The notes below the pieces were generated by a model, which saw nothing but the letters and a program-made list of their open reading frames with translations, made no database searches and had not been told where the DNA came from. DNA of 64,000 nucleotides from Basidiobolus meristosporus CBS 931.73. Its lineage: Eukaryota; Fungi; Basidiobolomycota. The translations under genes were made by a program, and so were the position numbers. Where the stretch lies: positions 216,067 to 280,066 of the forward strand of contig MCFE01000004.1 in assembly GCA_002104905.1 (NCBI GenBank), in the 5' to 3' direction. Shown here piece after piece: positions 1-11,978 of the stretch (within the stretch, counting starts at the first letter, position 1; every line of letters starts with the position of its first letter).

Positions 1-86
1 AGCGTATATTGAAGGGAATGGATTTCTAGTTCGAACCATATAGGTGACCCATTTGTCATACTATGATAACGTAAAACCAATTTCAA

Positions 87-542
87 ATGTTCAGAGCCCG
101 TCTTGCGTTGTTCTTTGGAAGCACAAGTCCATATTCACTGGTATATCGAATGTCATCAAACAGCGCACCCACCACCTCTCAAAAGCTAGCCCAAGCTCAA
201 GAGGAGTACGACAGTCTCGCCGGGAAGCTAGCCAAGAAGATAGGCACTCATGCGCCAAGTGAGGTGATTGAGCGCCTCGAAATCGATCTTGCAATTGCTC
301 GTCAAAAAGTCAAAAGATTCCAGCTTTTACACGACAGCGAGAACACGGGGGACAAAGAGCAGAAGCCTGGTACTATGAGCCCTAGGAACTTCTTGGTAGC
401 TAGTCTAAGTGGGGAGATATCTCCTGAAATGGTCAAAAACATACACGACAAGATTCCCGATGCCAAGATAACCCCCACCTACAGCAACCTCAAGGACATT
501 GCCCAAGGGTTATCTCAAGAGCTCAAAGGAAACAAACCCTAG
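87..542 (+). CDS. Hypothetical protein with a mitochondrial-presequence-like N-terminus
   Basis: 151-aa ATG ORF; R/S/L/F-rich, acid-free N-terminus (MFRARLALFFGSTS); no family recognised. Confidence 0.5.
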   Translation: MFRARLALFFGSTSPYSLVYRMSSNSAPTTSQKLAQAQEEYDSLAGKLAKKIGTHAPSEVIERLEIDLAIARQKVKRFQLLHDSENTGDKEQKPGTMSPRNFLVASLSGEISPEMVKNIHDKIPDAKITPTYSNLKDIAQGLSQELKGNKP

Positions 543-869
543 GTTAACAGCAGCCCAGTCTGTGAAATTGTCCCCATACATACAATAAAGCGTCAGCCAT
601 GCTTACATGATAATTCAATTCAGACATTCTGATCGAGCGAGTGAGAATGCCAATTGCGCTTGATCCAACAATATTAGTTAATCTGAATTCCAGCTGTCCA
701 GCATGACAAAAAATTTCCACACATCAGGGAATAGACGTTAGCAGTTGCGGTTGAGTGTCTTGTATTTTGATAATGCTCCGGAGGAAGTTACGAGACCTGT
801 TATTACCTACGACACGGTACAGTTGACTATTTTCCCTCTTCAATTCTATTCATCTCTGAGAATGGTTGA

Positions 870-2402
870 GTGATGAATACGGAGCTTGTTCATTTTGTTC
901 ATTTAAACTATTGTACTCATGATCATTTCAGAGTAGGTGGCTCTCCATGGATTCGAGCTCTATCTAATACTCGACCACAAAGGAATGATGAGAATGAGCG
1001 AGGTCTCGATTTATTCAAATTATCCGAGAAGCTGAGCAGCTATTTAAATCCACAGGACTCGGTTCCTGTGGATGTGCAAGCAGCCTGGTTAGATTCCACA
1101 TCTGATGAAGCCGCGCAGAATACAGAGGAGTTTCACCAAGCGGAGGTCACTACTAAGGAAGTAAAGCCCAACGCTAATGAGAACACTGATACAGACATAG
1201 TAGCTGCCGAACCTGCTCGAAACACACCTCAAACGCCACAGACAGATGACAAGTTGAGCGAACCACCTACAACCTATAAAGAGAGCAAGCATAGGCAAAC
1301 TCTTTATAAAAAAGTACTGCAATTAGAAGAACTAGAGTTAGCTATAGAGCGGGTGAATAGAATCAAGTCCACGACCGACACAACTCATTCCGAGCTCTCA
1401 ACAACAACTCACGACTATTCAGAATTAGGGACTGTCGCAACTTTAAAGGAATTCTACACAGAAGTGATGGAGTTGATGGCTATCGAGAGAACACCAGCCA
1501 AAAACAGTCCAAGGCTATCGCCATTTGCTGATGTGAAGGTGGATGAGCTCCAAGGCAGTGCCGGCAAATCGGCTGATCCAGTGGTCATCAGAGCATTTCT
1601 TGATTCTTTAAACCTTGTTGCGCTGAAAGAGAGATGCCGTTCTTACGGCATAAGCACGTGCGGTAACAAGATAGACATTATCAAGCGGATCGAGAAATTC
1701 CTATTTGACTTTGGCGGTGAGCGGAAGCCGATCCCCAAGAGTATTATTTCCATTGACATCGGATATCGTAACCTTGCTTATGTGCACATCGACTCAACCT
1801 TACAAATCCTCGACTGGCAACGGATCAACCTAAACGTACCTGACTCATATCACCCGATAGAGTATGCCAGGGTTGTCAATGAATTCGTAGAGACATTGTC
1901 CAACCGGGGCGTAAGCGATTTCATCCTAGAAAGGCAGAGCCTGCGGCACAGCTCTTCATCCTTGTTCGAGGCAGTGGTCCGATCTAACCTGGTAGAGGCG
2001 CTGATTATAGGGTCATTGCACGGTCGGGGCTACAATATTTTCTCCATCAATCCCATCACCATCAGCAGTTACCTCAAGTCTGAAAGGGGTTCTAAACTGC
2101 TCCATAATGCCGGCGTTGTTTACAACGAGCGCCTCAAGAAGCTGAAGCTGATGGCGCCTTCCCTGTCAGGATCACAATACAACTCCAAGCGTTACCTGGC
2201 CAAGAAATCCAATCACATCGGGGTTGTTAAGCATTTGCTTAAAACCAAGCAAGTCATCCAATGCCCGGCTCATCTCGAAGATATGTACTTGCGCGAGAGC
2301 AAGAAAGACGATCTGGCGGACTGTCTTATTCAATCCGTAGTGTGGTATGAGTGGCAGCACACAAGGCTTCAGGATCTCTACAATCAAATTTTGGATGTCT
2401 AG
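870..2402 (+). CDS. CCE1: Mitochondrial cruciform-cutting endonuclease (Ydc2/Cce1 Holliday junction resolvase) with SAP domain
   Basis: SAP-like LNLVALKERCRSYGISTCGNKIDIIKRI; RuvC-fold motifs SIISIDIGYRNLAY, FILERQ, KKDDLADCLIQ. True start codon uncertain. Confidence 0.85.
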   Translation: MMNTELVHFVHLNYCTHDHFRVGGSPWIRALSNTRPQRNDENERGLDLFKLSEKLSSYLNPQDSVPVDVQAAWLDSTSDEAAQNTEEFHQAEVTTKEVKPNANENTDTDIVAAEPARNTPQTPQTDDKLSEPPTTYKESKHRQTLYKKVLQLEELELAIERVNRIKSTTDTTHSELSTTTHDYSELGTVATLKEFYTEVMELMAIERTPAKNSPRLSPFADVKVDELQGSAGKSADPVVIRAFLDSLNLVALKERCRSYGISTCGNKIDIIKRIEKFLFDFGGERKPIPKSIISIDIGYRNLAYVHIDSTLQILDWQRINLNVPDSYHPIEYARVVNEFVETLSNRGVSDFILERQSLRHSSSSLFEAVVRSNLVEALIIGSLHGRGYNIFSINPITISSYLKSERGSKLLHNAGVVYNERLKKLKLMAPSLSGSQYNSKRYLAKKSNHIGVVKHLLKTKQVIQCPAHLEDMYLRESKKDDLADCLIQSVVWYEWQHTRLQDLYNQILDV

Positions 2403-2683
2403 CTGTCCTCATTTCTATCCTTCACATTGATTATTCCTCTTTAGAACAGGTGTACATTTAATCCATTAAAAAGCGTTCTGTTGACTTTGACTGCAAAAGT
2501 ATATTGATGGTATTGGGTTAAGGGGTGCGATGTGCGATGTGGGATGTGGTTGGATTTGTACAACAGTTGTGGTAACTTGCTTGATAATCTGATCATTTAT
2601 CTACAACCACAATCGGCCAATGTTGAGATGTGCTGCAATATATATACGCTTCGATGCTGGCAATAAACTGTCAAAGAACCGAG

Positions 2684-3536
2684 ATGACTGTAACTGGTAG
2701 GTCTACCATTTGAATTACATGCGAGTTCTTTGCACTAATCATTCGCTCTAGCCAAGCCTATTATTCTCTACAGCAACAGCAGCTGCCCCTATGTACAGAG
2801 GGCTCTTATCGCCCTCTACGAGTGTGATCTGGATCACGAGGCAGTGGAAATTCCTTTACCAAACAAGCCAGACTGGTACCTCGAATTGAATCCTGAGGGA
2901 AAAGTACCCGCACTCAAATATGGTGACGATATACTGGTGGAGTCCTTGGTAATTGCCGAGTTTTTCTCTGACCTTGCCGGCGGAAAGTAAGTACGCGTCC
3001 ACCACTGGCTATTCGCAATTACTCACAGCCTCTGGCAGGTTGCTGCCCAAAGACCCATTGAAAAAGGCACAGGCACGCTACTTGATTGAGTTTTTCGGTG
3101 CCAAATTCTTGCCCTTGTATTACTCCATCCTTGGTAATACAGATACCGAAAAAGCTAAGCTTCTCGAACAGCAATTCGTTGAGAATCTGAAGAGGGTAAG
3201 TCTTTGAATTGTAGAGAAAGCTGCTTTGTTTATTCCGTCGACTCAACCTCTTTTGCTCCGTAGCTCAACAAGTTGCTATCGGCCCAATCTACCGAGGGAC
3301 CTTTTTACTTTGGCGAGGAGTTTAGTTTGGTTGAAGCAGCAGTTGCACCTTTCCTGAGCAGATTCACCCCTATGGCTAAAATTGGGGGTATCCAAATCCC
3401 CAAGATTCCTGAGCTTCAGCGTTACCATCAGTGGTCCGATGCTGTCGGACAAAGGGAGTCGTTCATAAAAAGTTCCCTTTCCTCACAAGAGCTTTACGAG
3501 AGCTGCGAGGCACTTGCTCTTAAATACAGAGGCTGA
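2684..3536 (+). CDS. Glutathione S-transferase (omega-like), multi-exon
   Basis: Spliced reading MTVTAKPIILYSNSSCPYVQRALIALYE...LNPEGKVPALK...LVESLVIAEF; C-terminal GPFYFGEEFSLVEAAVAPFLSRF. Confidence 0.85.
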
Positions 3537-3956
3537 TTCCTGTTTAAAAAAGCCCAATAAAAACATCGCATTCACAAGCTGAATTAAAATGAGGTCTGCT
3601 ATTAGTGAGCGAAGAGTTCAGTTACTACTAAATTAAAGAGCGTTCTACTGCTTTGTTCCCTGAGTGAACCCAGGTTAAATAGCGGCCCATAGAGGGTTTA
3701 TCGCAGAGTATGGCCAAGTCCATGAATGCTCCACATTCTCTAACAACCACCAGTCCTTGAATACTCCACACGCCGTTGGCTGATGGATCGTTGGTGGCCA
3801 ATCAATGTTGGACCCGGGTCCACCAGATCTTTTTCCAATTCGACAACAGCGCACTAAGAGTAGGGATAAAGGATTTGTCATTGTATACTTGGCACTCCTT
3901 TCTCTCTTAGTGTGCAGACGTGGTAATTGGCGCCGGTCTTTACTAACAATTTAACA

Positions 3957-4584
3957 ATGGTGGGTGTTGTCATTGGAGTAGCGATTAGAGCCTAGCATAT
4001 GCATCCTTCGTCGGAATCTTCCCATCCATTCATAACTAAGTCTGTTCTCTATTTAGTCCGCCGAAGCTCCCTCTACCAACCCCATGCGCGAGTTGCGCAT
4101 CGAGAAACTTGTTCTCAACATTTGCGTTGGTGAGTCTGGTGATAGACTTACCAGAGCCGCCAAGGTGTTGGAACAATTGACTGGTCAAACCCCTGTCTAC
4201 TCCAAGGCTCGTTACACCGTCCGTTCCTTCAGCATTCGTCGTAATGAAAAGATCGCTGTTCACTGCACTGTCCGTGGCCCCAAGGCTGAGGAGATTTTGG
4301 AGCGCGGTTTGAAGGTCAAGGAATACGAACTCAAGAAGTCCAACTTCTCCGCCACCGGCAACTTCGGTTTCGGTATCCAGGAACACATTGATTTGGGTAT
4401 CAAGTACGATCCTTCCATCGGTATTTACGGTATGGACTTCTTCGTTGTTTTGGGTCGCCCTGGTTTCCGTGTTGCTCGCAGAAAGAGATGCCAATCCAAG
4501 GTTGGTTTCTCCCACCGCGTCACCAAGGAGGAGACCATGAAGTGGTTCAAGCAAAAGTACGATGGTATTATCTTGAACAAATAA
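3957..4584 (+). CDS. RPL11: 60S ribosomal protein L11 (uL5)
   Basis: ATG at 3957, intron 3960-4056, then [41 protein letters not shown]. Confidence 0.97.
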
Positions 4585-4779
4585 GTTCGTTCTTGTCCTT
4601 CTCGCACACCATCTCATTGTTTCAATCAATAAAAAATAAATGGCCATTGAAAACTCGAGAATGAACCTCCATTGGATACTCCGATTTATCCTTTTTGACT
4701 GACAAAACAAAAACAATGAATTGGGCCAAGTGACTGAGCCCACGCTCGTGTTAGAACCCTCCCCTCTTGAATACCGGAT

Positions 4780-6289
4780 ATGACCGTCGAAAAGGTACAC
4801 AACTCCAAATTGGCCCGAGACTTGGCACAACTTGGCTATTCGGAAGTAGAAAAGCTTACGGAGGAAGTCCTTTATACTGCAAGCGTTGTACGAACAGAGC
4901 TCATTCAATGGTTGCTACAAAAGTAAATTCCCTGCTTCTATGCCACTGCTAGCTCCTTTCTTTTTAACAAAGCAACACTAGATTTGAACCCAAGTATCCT
5001 GAGCTTTTGAGAGAGTTAGAGAGTGAAGGCCAAGGGGAAGGTAAAACATCGAGGCACCACGGCTATGTTGCACCATTTACAAACAATTTGCCAGCTCTAG
5101 CTTCAGTTTTGGACGCATTTGGGTTTGCTGAATACGAGCAGGCTATCGAGTTCGTGGAGGTGCGAGTGAATTTCGTAACACATCAACTTCTATTGATGCT
5201 CAAACTTTACTCATTTGACTCAGGCTCGATCCACCTCGAGGGTGCAGTATAACCTTTTCTGCGAGCTGACAACAGCAGCATTAAACGCTCTAGCTCTAAA
5301 CAGCTCACCCGTCGATGGCGAAGGGTAATTCCGGCATGTTTTGTTTTCTGAAAACACTCCTTGCTAATAGTGGGATTCACTTTCTTAGTGGCTCTACAGA
5401 GCTAGACCTGGCTATTGAGAACGGAAGCAACTTTTTGGATATGATTGTCGATGGCGAGCTAAATTCTGTATTGGTGTCTAAACATTCAGTTTTTCCAGAA
5501 GGATCAGCTCTGATGGACATTATAAAATTGAACGCTTCTCAATCGTATGGCTCCTTACTAAAAGGCTAAACCCAAGTGGCCTCTATTGACCTTATGATTG
5601 ATTTCTATTAGAGACGATTCCTTCGACTCTGTTGATGAACTCATACAAGAGCAATCAAGAACACTGCAAGAGCTAAAAGCGCAGCTGTCAGAATTGGAGG
5701 TAAGTCGGGTACACCATATATTGAGAGTCTAACTAACATCACCCCCTCGGTAAGAACATCAAACCCGAACAACCCGAGGCTTTCGAAAGAGAATCCACTA
5801 TGCACCTAGCTTCGGTTGCTCAAAAGCTGACAGATACCCTCAAAAAGTTCGACGACATCTATGTCAACGAGATATATCCGTGGGTTGAGGCGTTCACGCA
5901 AAACCTTCCTCCCCAGGAAAAAACCGCAGGTTCGATCCTCACCTTGCTCTAGTTCGGCTAGAAAGCCCATCTGATCATGTTTATAGATTTCGGAAGTGCG
6001 CTGCTCGCTCTTGACGAGCGGACGACAAAGATTAATGAGGTGAGTGTTGGATTCTCGGGTGACTCTTATTCCGCACATCTAACCTACTGCTCTTCAGCTT
6101 CTCCATAATTACAACACAATCAAGCATTCTCACTCACAGCTGGCCGAGTATTGGAGTAAGCACGTAGAAATTAACGACCGTCTGCTCAAACAAGAACTTG
6201 GGACCAAGAGGTTGGCTGAAATGGAACGAATCAACACCACGTTGAGAAAAGCCCTGGAGAGAAGAGGACTTGCAACCACATCTACGTGA
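4780..6289 (+). CDS. Augmin/HAUS subunit 7-like protein, multi-exon
   Basis: Spliced reading ...EEVLYTASVVRTELIQWLLQ-FEPKY...KFDDIYVNEIYPWV...DFGSALLALDERTTKINELLHNYNTIKHSHSQL resembles remembered HAUS7/AUG7 N- and C-terminal motifs. Confidence 0.6.
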
Positions 6290-6522
6290 CACATTGATTA
6301 GGACAAGCGTTGACTAATACACATAATATATATAAATACATCTTGTTGAAACTATCTTATCATTCGTGTTGATCATGACGATGAATCCCCCTAGACCGAG
6401 AATTAGTGCTACTGAGGTCATTCATGGCAATTAAAAATTAAGGCGGCCCGGCTCTTCAAAACCAAGTCAATTCGACTGGCGAGATAACTATTGGTGAACA
6501 GTACCGTTCTTTCCATAACAGA

Positions 6523-7387
6523 ATGAATCAACCGGTGCAAGAGGGCGCACTTTCTCTATCCTCCCTTTCTCTCACCCATGTCCAATTCGCTTCCGGGGAT
6601 AAAGTTGCATATTTGCTGGCTTACGTCACCTTAACTCCTTTGGCAATCTTAATCTCCTATGTAACGGTGATCGGGTCTAGAAGGGAATTTGGAGCAATAT
6701 TCATGCTGTTGGGTCAATTATGCTGTGAGGGCTTGAACTTTGTTCTCAAGAAGACTATACGACAAGATCGCCCAACAGGTATGCTTCTTTTCAAGTTGGT
6801 TATTCACAGTCAAAGCTACGGCAGGTGGTATTCAACTGACCGGCAAAAATAGATCATCTCGGCACCGGTTACGGGATGCCCTCTAGCCACGCTCAATTCA
6901 TGTCTTTTTGGGGGGTATACCTGTGCCTGTATATTTACCGGAAGTAAGTGGTTTTCAACACTCCGGCTTGAATTGCTATTGATTGTCACAACAGAATTCA
7001 CTTTGAGCATAATATTTGGAAGATTGTCTGTGGTCTGTTTGCCTTGATAGTATCATTTACGGTTTCGTATTCACGGTAAAGTGACCGAATATTCGCCTCC
7101 TCTTCAACTGTTTATTAAGACTTCACATTACTAGCATTCACCTAAACTACCATACAAAGGCTCAGGTGGTGGTTGGAAATATCGTGGGTTGTTTATTTGC
7201 CATTGGCTGGTTCATTCTGTTCGAGATCAATCTCCGTTCAGCTGGCCTTTATGACCGTCTGTCTTCTTTGAAAATTTGCCAATACGCCTACTTCAAGGAT
7301 TCGACACACATAGATAACGTGGTGAAATTCGAATATGACAACTGCGTTAAGGCTAGAGGCATCAAAAATGCCAAAAAGTCCCAGTAG
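6523..7387 (+). CDS. CAX4: Dolichyl pyrophosphate phosphatase (PAP2 family), multi-exon
   Basis: LKKTIRQDRP, GYGMPSSHAQF and SRxxLNYHT PAP2 motifs; hydrophobic segments. Confidence 0.9.
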
Positions 7388-7576
7388 TATGCAGTTCATT
7401 AAGAGTCTTTTATTATATCGGGTAAAGTCTATTCAAAACACTCCATAATAAAATGAAATATTTTGTCCTCAACGAACCAAGCGGCCTATTCACCAGAAAT
7501 TCATCAATAACGAGCTGTACCAGGACACAAAGAGGGAGAGTTAAGCCTACCTTGTATCCGTCGAATGCAAGAGAAC

Positions 7577-9056
7577 CTAAGATGATGCAGCAGCAGAATA
7601 CCAGCGGACCGATTTGTCTTCAGAGGCCGAGACAATTTTGTTACCTTCCTCATTCCATGCAACACCCCATACTTGATCAGTATGATGCTCCATTGTGTCA
7701 ACACATTGTCTAGCACCTAGATCCCAAATTTTCACTTTCTTATCACTAGACCTGAAATTCGAAATAAACTTTAGGCGAGTTGATCGGATCAAGACTTCAA
7801 ATATAATGTACCCTGAGACTATATGAACCCCATCAGTGCTGGCAGCAACGCTCAGAACCCAAGAGGCATGGCCGGACAACGAAGCAAAGATATTGCCATG
7901 TCGGCTTCACAAAGAGTTAAGGATTGCTGGCTTTAAGGTCAACAATAAGGCATTCTGGATTACTTAAAGGATACACATCATATATATTGATTCTCTTGTC
8001 GTCAGAACCGGAGACCAACATGGAGGAATCCTGGGTAAATGCAATTGAACGTACTGTCATCGCATGTCCTGAGCACGGTGTATTAGTTGTAAACCAAGTG
8101 ACCACGAAACTGAATATATATTACCAGCCAACGAATGAAGTAGTTTTCCTGTTTCAACATCGAAAACATGAATGCTTCCATTTTCAGACCCACATGCAAC
8201 ATACTCTCCACTAGGACTCTAGTTTCGAGTTAAGGATACCAGGCAGAATACAAAAAACAAGTGGGATTAAACAATGCTCGAAAAAAGATACATATGCCAC
8301 GCACATCGCAAATTTCCCGCGTGTTTCCAAAGTGGCTACTTTCTCCTCGGAATCGACAGACCAGATATTAATGTTGCCGGCGTGGCTGCCAGCAGCAATC
8401 TGTTTTCCAGAAGGCGAGAATTTTGCCGACCAAGCCTCGACTAATACGATCGAAGCATCAGATTCCGTTTAGTCGTTCAAACGTAGTCTTCAAAACTAAC
8501 CAGGTCCGGCATTGATGCTCTTAAACAAGTTTCCGTTGTCTAGATCCCAAAGCTTGATTTGATTGTCCAGAGAGGTAGATACCGCATCTAAGCGAATAAT
8601 CAGTCACTACGTTCGTTGTATGAACGTGAACTCCATAACTTACATTGACCAGTTGAGTCAATGTCCACTGATACGACACCAAGGAGATGGCCCGAGAAAG
8701 CATGAGTCAGCTCGCCCGTATTTCCGTCCCTATGATTTTGGAAATGTAGTTAGGTTACAAACAATCCTTCAAATCAATAACGATTGATCAAATATCCTTC
8801 TACCAGCATTTCACGGTATTATCCACAGAACCTGTCACGATGCGATTTGTACCTTTCCCCCAAGCCACAGACCAGATCCCATCTTCATGAGCTATGGAAT
8901 TAGAGTATCAATATTGCCATTGCAAAACAAGCTAGCTACACTGGGATTTACCATCGTCCTTAGCAAGTGTACATGAATAAAGTATAGCCTTCACGAGATA
9001 GGGTTATTTCGAGATTCTTGTTGGAGTTCGAAGGATCAAGCATAAATGCTTACCAT
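7577..9056 (-). CDS. SKI8: WD40 repeat protein WDR61/Ski8, multi-exon
   Basis: Spliced N-terminus [25 protein letters not shown]; WD repeats [47 protein letters not shown]. Confidence 0.85.
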
Positions 9057-9661
9057 TGCAGGTCAGTCAAGTATGTTTAGATAAACACTGGCTAGAGCGG
9101 TTCGAGAATTGTGCTTAAACCAATATTTCGGTGAAGCCGCGCATATACGCACATATACGCATATATAGAAATGCCTATTCTTACCAATGAAATGATTGTA
9201 CCGATAAGCGTATGAAAATTATCGGACAGTCGGGATCAACAAAAAATTTCCATCAAAATCAACAGTCGTAAATGTGACATAGGGGGTTGGATTCATACAT
9301 GATGAAATGTAAATCTTCTCATTGAATAGCTAGACTGTGGTTGTGCGCGAAGAGCGTTCCATCCCTCTCATGCGTATGCGTAATGTGAACCCGAAGCCAA
9401 TCAAGTAGTATGGTGGATTCTGAAAATGGTTGGAACAAGTTGACCATGTTGATTGGTGAATTTACCATTAAATAATGAAGGAGATTCACAAGTAAATATT
9501 TCTATGTATCTGTACAGTGATATACTGATTACCTACCCCCTCCCCAATTTACAATGTCACATACCCATTAATGCCTCGGTTCGTAAGCGCAAATAAACGT
9601 CACTAGATAAGTACAGGTAGTTTCCCACTTGCCTCTTTACCATCCAACTCAATTCCAAAGT

Positions 9662-11020
9662 ATGAGAGAAATCCTTCAACTTCAAGCTGGTCAATGTGGT
9701 AACCAAATTGGTTACAAATTCTGGGAGACCATCTCTTCTGAGCACGGTATCGATGGCTCCGGTACTTACAACGGGGATACTGATGCCCAACTTGAAAGAA
9801 TCAATGTGTACTACAACGAGGCCGCCGCAGGAAAGTATGTGCCTCGTGCGGTGTTGGTCGACTTGGAGCCTGGTACTATGGACAACATCCGCGCCTCTCC
9901 TCTAGGTCAGCTTTTCCGCCCCGACAATATGGTCTTCGGACAAAGTGGTGCTGGCAATAACTGGGCCAAGGGTCACTATACTGAAGGAGCCGAGTTGGTG
10001 GACTCCGTTCTCGATGTTGTTCGCAAAGAGGCTGAGAACTGTGACTGCCTTCAAGGTTTCCAAATCACCCACTCGCTTGGTGGAGGAACTGGCTCTGGGT
10101 TAGGAACGCTTCTTATTTCTAAGATTCGGGAGGAATATCCTGATCGAATGATGTGCACTTTCTCAGTTGTCCCCTCTCCCAAGGTCTCGGATACAGTTGT
10201 TGAGCCATACAATGCCACACTATCCGTTCACCAACTGGTTGAAAACTCCGACATGACTTTCTGTATTGATAATGAGGCATTGTACGATATCTGCTTCCGT
10301 ACATTGAAGTTATCCAACCCATCATACGGTGACCTGAATCACCTTGTATCTTCTGTCATGAGCGGTACCACCACCTCACTCCGCTTCCCTGGCCAGTTGA
10401 ACTCTGACTTGAGAAAGACTGCCGTGAACATGGTTCCTTTCCCTCGCCTCCATTTCTTCATGGTCGGATTTGCCCCCTTGACCTCCCGTGGCTCCCAGGA
10501 TTTCCGTGCATTGTCGGTTGCTGAGCTTTCTCAACAAATGTTTGACTCCAAGAACATGATGGCGGCCTCCGATCCCCGTCACGGCCGCTACCTTACCTGC
10601 GCTGCCATGTTCCGTGGCCGCATGTCGATGAAGGAAGTGGATGAGCAGATGGTTAATGTTCAGTTGAAGAATTCGAGCTATTTCGTTGAATGGATTCCCA
10701 ACAACATCAAGACCTCTCTCTGCGATATCCCACCCACCAATCTTAAGATGGCAGTGACTTTCCTTGGAAACTCCACCGCCATTCAAGAGTTATTCAAACG
10801 TGTCAACGAGCAATTCACCGCCATGTTCCGACGCAAGGCCTTCTTGCATTGGTACACTGGAGAAGGCATGGATGAAATGGAATTCACCGAAGCCGAGTCC
10901 AACATGAACGATTTGGTTTCCGAATACCAACAATACCAAGATGCCACTGTTGAGGATGAACTCGAATATGAAGAGGAGGGTGCTCTGGAAGAAGAGTATG
11001 CCGCTGAAGAAGAATACTAG
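9662..11020 (+). CDS. TUB2: Beta-tubulin (divergent, intronless)
   Basis: [24 protein letters not shown] motif, acidic tail; ATG at 9662. Confidence 0.98.
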   Translation: MREILQLQAGQCGNQIGYKFWETISSEHGIDGSGTYNGDTDAQLERINVYYNEAAAGKYVPRAVLVDLEPGTMDNIRASPLGQLFRPDNMVFGQSGAGNNWAKGHYTEGAELVDSVLDVVRKEAENCDCLQGFQITHSLGGGTGSGLGTLLISKIREEYPDRMMCTFSVVPSPKVSDTVVEPYNATLSVHQLVENSDMTFCIDNEALYDICFRTLKLSNPSYGDLNHLVSSVMSGTTTSLRFPGQLNSDLRKTAVNMVPFPRLHFFMVGFAPLTSRGSQDFRALSVAELSQQMFDSKNMMAASDPRHGRYLTCAAMFRGRMSMKEVDEQMVNVQLKNSSYFVEWIPNNIKTSLCDIPPTNLKMAVTFLGNSTAIQELFKRVNEQFTAMFRRKAFLHWYTGEGMDEMEFTEAESNMNDLVSEYQQYQDATVEDELEYEEEGALEEEYAAEEEY

Positions 11021-11978
11021 CACTAGTAGCTGAAGCCAGCCCAAACGTGGGCATTTGGCAGTGAATGTTCGGTGTAGTTTTTATTCCTTGCAATATTATT
11101 TCTTTCAATAATCGGTACATGCGGAAAACAGGATATATTTATGTATTATCATCTTCAATGGCAGAGCACTTGGTACATTAAACACAATGAATATTCCTGA
11201 ACATGTTGCTGCTACTTGATCCTGCTGTGGTGTTCAATCATGTGAGAAATGATGGTTTTCCAGGGATAATCACCATTGGAACACAGTCTCCACACATGAT
11301 CATAGTTTCCCGCGATGGCCCAATCACGCGATCCAAAGTGGAATTAGGATAGTGCGCTTATCTGATCTTTACTGTGCGCGACACTAATGCGTCCAGAACA
11401 AAACGCTTCATCGACACTGTTTCTGTAACTTCGTAGTAACAATTTACGCGGTTATTGGGTGAATCCAATCCAACATCCGAAACTTACATCTATGTGATCA
11501 AAGGAGAGATGGGAACATACTGCAGTCAATATTACGCAATGGAATTATGGGATATTATCGCAGCGCTAGGGGTGGGATTCTCTACAAACAATCGGAGTTA
11601 TGACCACAGATGGTACGTCAACCTGTGGTGAGATGGGAGGTTTGCAGTGTTCCCGTGATGCGAACGTAAAGATAGCGTTTCGATTCATTATTCTAGTAAA
11701 CTGTGACCGCTGTAATGCTGGGGATTCAATGCCATATTCCGCTTCAGCTGATTGGGCTATGGCCCAAAGCACCCACTGCTTTTATAAAGGATCAATGAAT
11801 CACCGTCCCCTAAATCAAATCTTTCAAATCCCAACATCACCGCCGTCAGTCTTCTCGTAGATTTCAATTTGGTTGAATTTCGCTACGCCTGCCCTTTTCC
11901 ATTATATCCTCCTTCTTGTAGTTGTACAATAGTTTTAAATTCAAATTCGAAGTATTTTTAAGTCAGCCTAATTCAACC

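Noticed and set aside
4036-4908. 290-aa minus-strand ORF
   Set aside because: Antisense shadow of the codon-biased RPL11
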